This document shows, in pieces, positions 10,663 through 18,622 of a stretch of 64,000 nt of DNA. Positions within the stretch are counted from its first letter, which is position 1; each line of letters begins with the position of its first letter. A program made the position numbers and the translations under genes. The stretch is from an uncultured bacterium (GTDB lineage Bacteria; Desulfobacterota_D; UBA1144; Nemesobacterales; UBA2774), in contig CAVPJU010000001.1 in NCBI GenBank assembly GCA_963705505.1, forward strand, positions 32,001 through 96,000, given 5' to 3'. The notes under the pieces are model-generated. The model was not told the DNA's origin. It saw only the letters and a program-made list of their open reading frames with translations, and did not search any database.

Positions 10663-10763
10663 CTGTGTATAAATATACAGGAATATAGGATTAGTAAAAG
10701 CGCCCGGAGCGCGCCCTCGTCTCCCGATTTGAATTATCCTCTGATTTAAACATAATAAATAAA

Positions 10764-11177
10764 ATGAACTATTGGCTCGTTAAATCGGAACCTTCTACAT
10801 ATTCCTGGGACGCCTTCGTAAAAGACGGAAGGACTCACTGGGACGGTGTCAGGAATTATCAGGCGAGGAATAACCTCAGAGCCATGAAAAGGGGCGACCT
10901 CGTGCTCTACTACCACAGCGGCGCGGGACCCGGGGTCGTGGGAGTGGCTAAAGTCGTGAAGGAGTCGTATCAGGACCCTACTACTGATGACGACAGGTGG
11001 GTGGCCGTGGACCTTGAGCCCGTCAGGGCGCTGAAGACGGCCGTCCCGTTAGGCGATATAAAAAAGGAAAAGCGCCTTAAGAACATATCGCTCCTCAAAC
11101 AGGGCCGCCTCTCCGTAGTACCCGTTACGAAAGAGGAGTTTGATGTAATTGTTAGCATCGGGTCCACGGGCAAATAG
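10764..11177 (+). CDS. EVE domain protein
   Basis: MNYWLVKSEP, WDGVRNYQARN, GDLVLYYHS, RLSVVPVT. Confidence 0.93.
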   Translation: MNYWLVKSEPSTYSWDAFVKDGRTHWDGVRNYQARNNLRAMKRGDLVLYYHSGAGPGVVGVAKVVKESYQDPTTDDDRWVAVDLEPVRALKTAVPLGDIKKEKRLKNISLLKQGRLSVVPVTKEEFDVIVSIGSTGK

Positions 11178-11182
11178 CCGTT

Positions 11183-11211
11183 TTGACATTCTCTCCCCTC
11201 CGAATTATGGT
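11183..11211 (+). promoter_or_regulatory. Sigma-70-type promoter of meaB (probably leaderless)
   Basis: TTGACA (11183-11188), 17-nt spacer, TATGGT (11206-11211), ATG 8 nt later, no SD. Confidence 0.6.
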
Positions 11212-11219
11212 ATCTCCCG

Positions 11220-12173
11220 ATGCTCCTTTCCGACTACGAATTGAATCTCATAGATAAGATGCTGAGCGGGGACCGCGCGTCCCTCGCACGCCTGATAACG
11301 CTTGCCGAGAGCAGGCATAAGTCCCTCGCCGGGATTCTCAAGCGTCTCGGCCCGAAGATGGGCGACCCCTATATCATAGGCATCACGGGCCCTCCCGGAG
11401 CCGGTAAGAGCACCATAACGAACAAGCTCATTCAATCTTACAGGGATAAGGGTAAAAAGGTCGGAGTCCTGGCCGTCGACCCGTCGAGCCCCTTTACGGG
11501 CGGAGCTATACTCGGCGACAGGATACGTATGCACGACCATGCGATGGACGACGGCGTGTTCATAAGGAGCATAAGCACGAGGGGTACTCACGGCGGGCTT
11601 TCGAGGGCGACTAAGGAGATAATCAAGCTCTACGGGGCTTACGGAATGGATTACGTCATCATAGAGACGGTCGGCGTGGGACAGACCGAGCTCGATATAG
11701 TGAGGGTTGCGGATACGGTGCTTGTCGTGCTCGTGCCGGAGGCCGGGGACGCCGTGCAGACGATGAAGGCGGGACTCATGGAGATAGCCGACGTTTTCAT
11801 AGTAAATAAGGCGGACAGGGAAGGGGCGGGCATTATCTCTTCGGAAATAAAGCAGGTGATATCCCTTAAGAGAGCGCACGGCGGCTGGACACCGCCTGTG
11901 CTTCTGACGAGCGCGCTCAGGAACGAAGGGATAGCCGGGGTTATAGACGAAATTGAAAAACATAAATCCTTTCAGTCAGGGAGCGGGTTGCTCAAGAAGA
12001 AAAAGGAAAAGAGGATAGAAGAGGAATTTTCCGAGATCATAAAAGAGCTCATGGAAATCAAGATCGCCCGCAGGCTCGGTGACGCCGAGATAAAAAAGAT
12101 CTACGCCCGTGTAAAGAGCGGGGAGTTAGACCCATACGAAGGCGCCGAGCTCGTAATATCCAAGATCATGTGA
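11220..12173 (+). CDS. meaB: Methylmalonyl-CoA mutase-associated GTPase
   Basis: GITGPPGAGKST, AVDPSSPFTGGAILGDRIRM, ETVGVGQTE, NKAD. Confidence 0.93.
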   Translation: MLLSDYELNLIDKMLSGDRASLARLITLAESRHKSLAGILKRLGPKMGDPYIIGITGPPGAGKSTITNKLIQSYRDKGKKVGVLAVDPSSPFTGGAILGDRIRMHDHAMDDGVFIRSISTRGTHGGLSRATKEIIKLYGAYGMDYVIIETVGVGQTELDIVRVADTVLVVLVPEAGDAVQTMKAGLMEIADVFIVNKADREGAGIISSEIKQVISLKRAHGGWTPPVLLTSALRNEGIAGVIDEIEKHKSFQSGSGLLKKKKEKRIEEEFSEIIKELMEIKIARRLGDAEIKKIYARVKSGELDPYEGAELVISKIM

Positions 12174-12287
12174 TCCCGCATTATTTTGCAATTCGCATTC
12201 TCGAATAATTCGGCCGGTTTTTCGGAGATAATCCCCCGTCGCGAATATTCTTATAACTCCCCTCCCGGGATGGTATTATAATCCGGT

Positions 12288-12992
12288 ATGGAAGAGCTTC
12301 TCTTTCCCGTATCATTATTTTTGTTTATTTTCCTCCTGACCGCGGGAACCTCCGGAGGGGACCGTTATGCGGGAAAACGCTGGGAGATGGTTGAGAACCA
12401 GATAATCGCCCGCGGGATAAGGAACTCCGCGGTCATCCGGGCGATGCTGAATGTCAAGAGGCATGAATTTATACCGGAGGAGCTCAGGGACGAGGCTTAC
12501 AACGACAATCCGCTGCCGGTCGGAAAGGGGCAGACGATTTCACAGCCCTATATAGTCGCCCTGATGTCCGAGCTCCTGAACCCCGTTCCCGGCATGAAGA
12601 TACTCGAAGTGGGCACAGGCTCGGGTTATCAGTCTGCCGTCCTTGCCGAGACAGGGTGCGATCTCTACACTATAGAAATTGTCGAAGATCTGGCGAAAAG
12701 AGCGCGTCTTGTTCTCGAGGGTCTCGGCTATTCCAACATTAAATACAAGATAGGCGACGGGTACCAGGGCTGGGAAGAGCATGCTCCCTTTGACGCAATC
12801 ATTGTGACCGCGGCCCCCGGTCACATACCCGGCAGGCTTTTAGAGCAGCTGAAGGTACACGGGAAGATGGTAACCCCCGTCGGCGACGAGAGCCAGGAGC
12901 TTCTGCTTATCGAGAAGACGGATACGGGGGTAACGAAAAAGAGGATCACCGCGGTCCGCTTCGTCCCCATGACCGGAGGGTCCGGGTCTTGA
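12288..12992 (+). CDS. pcm: Protein-L-isoaspartate O-methyltransferase
   Basis: GQTISQPYIVA, LEVGTGSGYQ, APFDAIIVTAA, VRFVPM. Has an N-terminal hydrophobic extension. Confidence 0.93.
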   Translation: MEELLFPVSLFLFIFLLTAGTSGGDRYAGKRWEMVENQIIARGIRNSAVIRAMLNVKRHEFIPEELRDEAYNDNPLPVGKGQTISQPYIVALMSELLNPVPGMKILEVGTGSGYQSAVLAETGCDLYTIEIVEDLAKRARLVLEGLGYSNIKYKIGDGYQGWEEHAPFDAIIVTAAPGHIPGRLLEQLKVHGKMVTPVGDESQELLLIEKTDTGVTKKRITAVRFVPMTGGSGS

Positions 12993-13041
12993 AGCTTCCG
13001 TTTTCGAAAGAATACACTGCCAGCCGCGTCGTTTGTTAAAT

Positions 13042-14043
13042 CTAAATATCCAGGCTGACCACGTTCCCGATCTCGATCTGCCTTGAGCTTTCGGTGATGA
13101 TACCGGTCGCGCTCTGCTCCTTGACTTCGAGCACTACTATCTTTCCTATGAGCGTTCCGGGAATTACTACGTCCTTATGGGCGTCCGGGTCATAAGCCTT
13201 CCGGGCCTGAGTGTATATCGAAAAAACGTTCCCGGGCACGACGTTATTGACTTGCCCGACGTCCATATAGACTATATCCCCCTTGCCGCTGAGCTCCGTA
13301 TTGTTCTTTGTATCTACGACGTAACCGTCCACTCTCTCAGTCCCCTTCCTCATTACTACCTCTTTTACGAAGGGCTCCTGTGGCCTGATCCTGGCGCCGC
13401 GGGTGATCTCCACGTATGAAGACGTGATTATTCCGGTCGATTTCCTTTTCCCGATTATTTCCATTAATTCGAGCTCGCCCTCTATCTGCACCTTATACCC
13501 TATCCTCTGACCGGTTATAGGGTGGAATACCGGCTTCGAGGTGCGGAATATGGTGAACATGTCCCCTGTGCTCACCCCGTTCTTCGAGCCCACGTTCGTG
13601 AACACGATGTCCCCCGTACCGAGCAGTATCTTGGGCGGCTCGGAGGTCAGTATAGTCCCCATGTGCTCCCATTCGCCGGGTGTGATAAACCCCTCCGTTC
13701 CCCCGCGGGAATAATAATAAACAGGCGGAGGCGGCTCTATGTCTTCAAACGACACCTTGTGCGCCTTGGGTTCGACTTTGACTACGGGAATATTGGGCTG
13801 CTTCGCTTTGAGCGCAATTACGTCTCCCGGATATATGAGGTTCGGGTTATCTATGTACGGGTTTATTTCCCATAGTCTCGGCCAGAAGAGCGGGTTGCCG
13901 AAAAACCTGCCCGAGATCTTCCAGAGCGAATCTCCGGGCTCCACTACGTATATCGTCGTGCCGTCTTTAGGGGGCGGCAGGCTGCCCTGCGCGAGGGCAA
14001 TCCCCGTTAATAGAAAAATCGCTATGATTGTTCTTACATACAT
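13042..14043 (-). CDS. Exported LysM peptidoglycan-binding protein (TsaP-like architecture)
   Basis: Signal peptide; LysM YVVEPGDSLWKIS...WPRLWEINPYIDNPNLIYPGD; two beta-rich C-terminal repeats. GGAGG SD before ATG 14043. Confidence 0.8.
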   Translation of the reverse strand: MYVRTIIAIFLLTGIALAQGSLPPPKDGTTIYVVEPGDSLWKISGRFFGNPLFWPRLWEINPYIDNPNLIYPGDVIALKAKQPNIPVVKVEPKAHKVSFEDIEPPPPVYYYSRGGTEGFITPGEWEHMGTILTSEPPKILLGTGDIVFTNVGSKNGVSTGDMFTIFRTSKPVFHPITGQRIGYKVQIEGELELMEIIGKRKSTGIITSSYVEITRGARIRPQEPFVKEVVMRKGTERVDGYVVDTKNNTELSGKGDIVYMDVGQVNNVVPGNVFSIYTQARKAYDPDAHKDVVIPGTLIGKIVVLEVKEQSATGIITESSRQIEIGNVVSLDI

Positions 14044-14235
14044 CCCGTCTATCCTCCGTTGAGAACCGATATCCGGCATCGCCGGACTCGTTCCCCAGGC
14101 ATTATTTCCATTTTACACCCATTTTCGATGAATTAAAAGCAATTTTATGTTCTTTTAAGCTTTCATATAAACAACTTATAGACTATACTTAAGAACGCTT
14201 GTAAAGTTTAGAGGGTTTGATTCCCGTCTGGCCGT

Positions 14236-15723
14236 ATGGAAAACCAGATACTGATTAACATTACGTTCAATGAAACGAGGGTAGCCGTCATGGAAAAAGG
14301 CTCCGTGGCGGAGCTTTATATAGAGCGGAAGTCCGCCCCCCGTATGGTGGGGAATATATACAAGGGGATAGTCGGGAAGGTGGTGCCCGGCATGCAGGCC
14401 GCGTTTATCGATATAGGTCTCGGCAAATCGGGATTCATCTCCGTCGAGGACGTTCACGAAGATTCTCTTTACGAATATTTTCTCGATAGCGGATCCGAGT
14501 CCCAGCAGTCGAAGAAGCAGGACAGGAGCCTCATACAGGACATCCTGAGGGAAGGGCAGCACGTTCTGGTTCAGGTGCTAAAGGAGTCCGTCGGCGGCAA
14601 GGGGGCGAAGCTCTCCTCGAATATCGGGATACCGGGCAAGTACTCGGTCATTTTAGGAACAGCGGACATCGTCGGAATTTCGAGAAAGATAGAGGACCCC
14701 CTCGAGAGGGAAAGGCTCGGCGAAATTATAAGGAGGGTAAGACCCGAAGGGACGGGGATTATCGCAAGGACTGCGAGCGCGGGAATAACTGCCGAAGAGC
14801 TCGAGCAGGATATCAGGGACCTTGTCCGTCTATGGGAGGATGTAAAGAAAAAAAGCGAAGAACAAAAAGCCCCTTCGCTCATCTATGAAGAGCCGAGGCT
14901 TTACATAAAGGCCGTACGGGACTTCGTTTCGAGCGAATACAACAAGATCATCGTGGACTCCGAGTCCGTATTTCAGGAGATTAAAACTTATTTGAAACGC
15001 AATTTCCCGGACTCCTCTGTCAATGTCGAGCTCTATAAGGACCCCGAGCCCCTGTTTGCGAGGTTCGGCGTCGAGAGCGAGATCAGAAAGATATTCAATA
15101 AAAAGGTATGGCTAAAATCGGGCGGCCACGTAATAATCGAAGAGGCCGAAGGTCTCACCGTAGTGGACGTGAATACGGGCAGGTACCAGAGCGGGAAGAG
15201 CCAGGAAGAGACAATTTATACACTCAACCTCGAGGCGGCAGCCGAAATAGTAAGGCAGATAAGGCTCAGGAACCTCGTGGGCATAGTAGTCGTGGATTTT
15301 ATAGATATAAAGAACCGTCAGCTGCGGGATCAGATATACGAGGCGTTCGTCGAGGCGCTGAAACAGGACAGGGCGCGCTCAGCCGTGCTCGAGATGTCGC
15401 TTTTCGGCGTCATACAGATGACCCGTCAGCGCGTGAGGGAGAGCATACTGACGGAGCTCGCGGAGCCGTGTCCCTACTGCGAGGGCTCGGGTTACCTCAA
15501 ATCCAAGGACACGATAAGCTACGAAATTATCAGGGAGATCAAGAGCCGGATACTGAAGCCTTTTGTAAAGAGGGTGGAGGTGCAGGCGAGCCTAAAGGTC
15601 ATACACAGACTGAAAGAGTCGGAGCATGAAAACTTGAGGAAACTGGAAAAAGAGCACGGAGTCGAGATCGCTTATAAACCTGTCGAGGGAAGGATAGGGA
15701 AATTCGAGGTCATAGCGGACTGA
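14236..15723 (+). CDS. rng: Ribonuclease G (Rne/Rng family)
   Basis: GNIYKG...PGMQAAFIDIG S1 domain, LKSGG, DVNTG, IRLRNLVGIVVVDFID, CPYCEGSG. No long C-terminal scaffold. Confidence 0.9.
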   Translation: MENQILINITFNETRVAVMEKGSVAELYIERKSAPRMVGNIYKGIVGKVVPGMQAAFIDIGLGKSGFISVEDVHEDSLYEYFLDSGSESQQSKKQDRSLIQDILREGQHVLVQVLKESVGGKGAKLSSNIGIPGKYSVILGTADIVGISRKIEDPLERERLGEIIRRVRPEGTGIIARTASAGITAEELEQDIRDLVRLWEDVKKKSEEQKAPSLIYEEPRLYIKAVRDFVSSEYNKIIVDSESVFQEIKTYLKRNFPDSSVNVELYKDPEPLFARFGVESEIRKIFNKKVWLKSGGHVIIEEAEGLTVVDVNTGRYQSGKSQEETIYTLNLEAAAEIVRQIRLRNLVGIVVVDFIDIKNRQLRDQIYEAFVEALKQDRARSAVLEMSLFGVIQMTRQRVRESILTELAEPCPYCEGSGYLKSKDTISYEIIREIKSRILKPFVKRVEVQASLKVIHRLKESEHENLRKLEKEHGVEIAYKPVEGRIGKFEVIAD

Positions 15724-15840
15724 GGGGCGCACATTGATTACTCCCGGCGATCCGCATCGCATCAGGCCAAATATAATTTTAACAATTCGGGGTTATTATT
15801 AGTTCATTAGTCGGGCTCAAGCAACGAATCGGGACCGTGT

Positions 15841-16601
15841 ATGAGAAATGTTTTCAAATACCTGTTAATAACAGCCCTCGTCCTTCTGATCGGCTGCAGC
15901 AGAGATAAGCGGGATGAATCCGTCAATGAAGAAGCCTCCCCCGAGGTCACGGAGGAGCCCGTTACGGGGACGGGACCGGTTCGGAAGAGGAAGCTCCGGA
16001 GAGCGGAAACGCCGTATCTGACATCCCCTCGCTCTCTGATATCAGGTCCGTGAAAATATTAATGCCGTCCGATAACCCGAGAGACGGGTTTAAAACGGAG
16101 ATCGATTACGATAAATCGCAGGCCGAGAATACCGACTTTATTTATGAGTGGAAGGTAAACGGGAGTGAGATAACCGGCGCTAACGAAGGGGAGCTTAAAT
16201 GGCAGGAGGGGTTTAAAAAAGGCGACACCATAACCGTCACGGTTACGCCCTACAACGACCTCGGACAGGGGGCGACCTCGGCGGAGGGTAGTTTCAGGAT
16301 ACCCAACTCACCGCCTGTCATAACATCTCAGCCTGATACCTCTTTTGAGAAAGGGAAGTTCAGCTACACGGTAGAGGCACAGGACCCGGACGGCGACGCT
16401 ATGGATTTCAGTCTCAAGAACGCTCCAAAGGGTATGACGATTGAGCCCGCGACCGGCCTCATCGTCTGGGAGTACGACGAAAAGGAAGCGGGAGATTATA
16501 AAGTAACCGTTATCGTTACTGATTCCGAAGGGGCCCGGGCAGTTCAGGATCTGACTTTATCCATACACCCTCAGGGATCGACCGCCGGAGAAGCGCAATG
16601 A
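15841..16601 (+). CDS. Lipoprotein with putative Ig domain, interrupted by a 1-nt frameshift near 15966-15970
   Basis: Lipobox LLIGC in ORF 15841..16053. The alternative frame reads GSEEEAPESGNAVSDIPSLSDIRSVKILMP straight into ORF 16050..16601 (NSPPVITSQP, AQDPDGD, APKGMTIEPATGLIVW). Adding one G to the GGGG run fuses them. Confidence 0.75.
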
Positions 16602-16616
16602 TTCTTTCATCGGTGT

Positions 16617-16652
16617 TACCCTGTCGGATATAACCGTCGGCGGTATTTTTTT
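16617..16652 (+). terminator. Probable intrinsic terminator
   Basis: Imperfect stem TACCCTGTCGG...CCGTCGGCGGTA followed by a T8 run just after the stop at 16601. Confidence 0.5.
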
Positions 16653-16767
16653 GTTATACAGAGTAATAAATCACAGGTATATTTTAAAAAGAAACCGGTT
16701 ACTGCCGGTCCCGGTTTTTCAATTGAGCTCGAGACGGAAGCTGGTTCCTGCTTGCTCAGGTGATGTT

Positions 16768-17190
16768 ATGAGATGGTCTTTTCAAACAGGAATGTCCATA
16801 CAAAAAAAGATCGAGACGAAGCCTGAAATGGCGGCTTCGCGCTTCCACGAAAACTCGCCTCAGGTGCTTTCGACTCCTTCCCTTATAACGTTCATGCAGA
16901 CTACCTGCGCCGACCTCATGGCTCCCTTCCTGGATAAGACCGAGATGGTCGTGAGCGTAAGGATGGAGATGAGACATTTGGCCTCGACCCCCATCGGATC
17001 GACGATAACCATAAGAGCGGAGATCGAGAGGATAGAGGGCAACAAGGTCTATTTCAGGATAGATGCCTACGACGAGATCGAGAAAATAGCGGACGGCTAT
17101 AACGATATGTTCATCATCAATGAAGAGAGGTTCGAAAGGGGCATCAGAAGGAAGCTAGAGGCTGATTCCGGGAAGGTACAGTCTTTATAA
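16768..17190 (+). CDS. Hot-dog fold thioesterase (fluoroacetyl-CoA thioesterase FlK-like)
   Basis: VLSTPSLITFMQ, RHLASTPIG, IDAYDEIEKIADG, INEERF. Start placed at ATG 16768. Confidence 0.75.
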   Translation: MRWSFQTGMSIQKKIETKPEMAASRFHENSPQVLSTPSLITFMQTTCADLMAPFLDKTEMVVSVRMEMRHLASTPIGSTITIRAEIERIEGNKVYFRIDAYDEIEKIADGYNDMFIINEERFERGIRRKLEADSGKVQSL

Positions 17191-17290
17191 GTGTCCGTTC
17201 ACATATTCGCATTAGACCTGTTATAGTTGAAAATTCGCGGCGTTACTTAAATCCCCCGATTATCCCATAGAGACGAACGGAGTGAATATC

Positions 17291-17714
17291 ATGAGTAAAG
17301 GCGTACTCGAAAATTTATATCACGTAGCTATCGCCGTGAGGAACCTCGACGAAGTCGAGAGGCTCTACGAGACGGCGCTCGGCCTTAAAGTCGCGCACAG
17401 GGAAGTAGTGGAAGATCAGGGAGTCAGGACGTCCATGCTCGTCCCGGAAAAAGGCGGGACGGCGGTCGAGCTGCTGGAACCGCTCGACGGGGAGTCCCCG
17501 ATCTCGAAGTTTCTGGAAAAGAGGGGGGAAGGTATCCACCATATCTGCTTTCTCGTCGATGACATAGAGGCCGCTCTCGAAAGGCTTAGGAAAGAGGGTG
17601 TGAAGCTCATAGACGAGAACACCGCGTCCGGGCTCGTATCATTCGCGAGTTGCGTTCATACACCCGAAAGCGATGAACGGGGTGCTGATCGAGCTCGCCG
17701 AGCTGTCTAAATAA
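17291..17714 (+). CDS. mce: Methylmalonyl-CoA epimerase, with a +1 frameshift near 17617-17620
   Basis: HVAIAV, REVVEDQGV, ELLEP, SKFLEKRGEGIHHICF. The conserved tail TPRPGSYHSRVAFIHPKAMNGVLIELAELSK* lies in the next frame and ends at TAA 17712-17714. Confidence 0.85.
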
Positions 17715-17758
17715 CTTAACCGCGCTTGTATATATATAAAGAACCTGTTTGTTATTTT

Positions 17759-18205
17759 GTAGGAGCGGCTTCCATCCGCGACCTTACTCAGCTCGTTATC
17801 ACCAACCCGACCAATGTTGTCATTTCGAGCAACGCGAGAAATCTAATCTTTAGTTTTCAATTCCCTCCTTAGAAAAAGGCCGTGCTCCGGCTGGCTCCGC
17901 CCTGACGAGAGGGTTAGGGCGGATTTGCCTTTTTGTCATTCCCGTGAAAACGGGAATCCATTTCCTTTAAATTTCCCTTCCCCCTTGAGGGGGGAAGGCG
18001 AGGATGGGGGTGATAAATCACGTTCATCCTGAGGCGCGGAATCTGCGCTCATAGACGATTTCTGCATAACTTCTCTGCCTCAGCCAAAATCCGAGGCTCT
18101 ATCCGTTCGTCCTGCTTGTCCGGCGAAGCTTTAGCGAAGACGGAAGCCTGCCGAAAGGTCGAAGGATGTCGCCTATATTATCATTCCCGTGAAAATGGGA
18201 ATCTA
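17759..18205. repeat. Intergenic mosaic of REP-like palindromes
   Basis: GTAGGAGCGGCTTCCATCCGCGA (17759-17781); GTCATTTCGAGCAACGCGAGAAATCT (17819-17844); interrupted CCCTCCTT..AAGGAGGG (17861-17926); GTCATTCCCGTGAAAACGGGAATCCA (17935-17960, near-copy at 18180-18205); CCTTCCCCC..GGGGGAAGG..GGATGGGGGTGA (17974-18013); interrupted CCGTTCGTCCTG..GTCGAAGGA (18103-18166). Confidence 0.85.
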
Positions 18206-18226
18206 CCCACCCGGCCAACCCAATCC

Positions 18227-18622
18227 CTACTTCTCCCGGATCTTCTCCAGCACCCACAATCTTTTGCCCGTCCATCTTCCCCAGCCCGGCACCAGAAGTA
18301 AATATTTACCGTTAAGCCTCTGCCCCTCGGCTCTTATTACGAGCCTTATGCTGTTTGAGGCTAACGTCTCGAAAACGCCGCTATCCCATACCTCCCACGC
18401 CCCGCTCCCCCAGCTGTCCTCGGCTCTGTTCACATTCCCGCCGTTACGCGGGAAATCTCCGGAGCCCTTCTCTTCTATCGCGATTCTTTTTTCCCTGTAT
18501 TTTTTGGGGATATTTTTCGGGATGATCCAGTGCCTCACCTCCCCGTCCTTCTCGAGGAGGAGGTCATAGTGTTTGTTCGATGTTTTATGTCTTCCGATTA
18601 TAAAGCTAGACGTTTCTTTCAT
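18227..18622 (-). CDS. Stand-alone LigD 3'-phosphoesterase-like domain protein, degenerate
   Basis: FIIGRH...HYDLLLEKDG...WIIPK...KRIAIE...GSGAWEVWDSG matches the LigD_N pattern. Overlaps the 3' end of coaX. Confidence 0.72.
   Translation of the reverse strand: MKETSSFIIGRHKTSNKHYDLLLEKDGEVRHWIIPKNIPKKYREKRIAIEEKGSGDFPRNGGNVNRAEDSWGSGAWEVWDSGVFETLASNSIRLVIRAEGQRLNGKYLLLVPGWGRWTGKRLWVLEKIREK

Noticed and set aside
17715..18226. Possible CRISPR array, integron attC array or tRNA in the repeat-rich gap
   Set aside because: The repeats are of different families with irregular spacing. There are no cas or integrase genes and no cloverleaf or T-loop.
18116..18301. 61-aa ORF here, and the 85-aa ORF at 38037..38294
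   Set aside because: Both are translations of REP-like elements and lack ribosome-binding signals.
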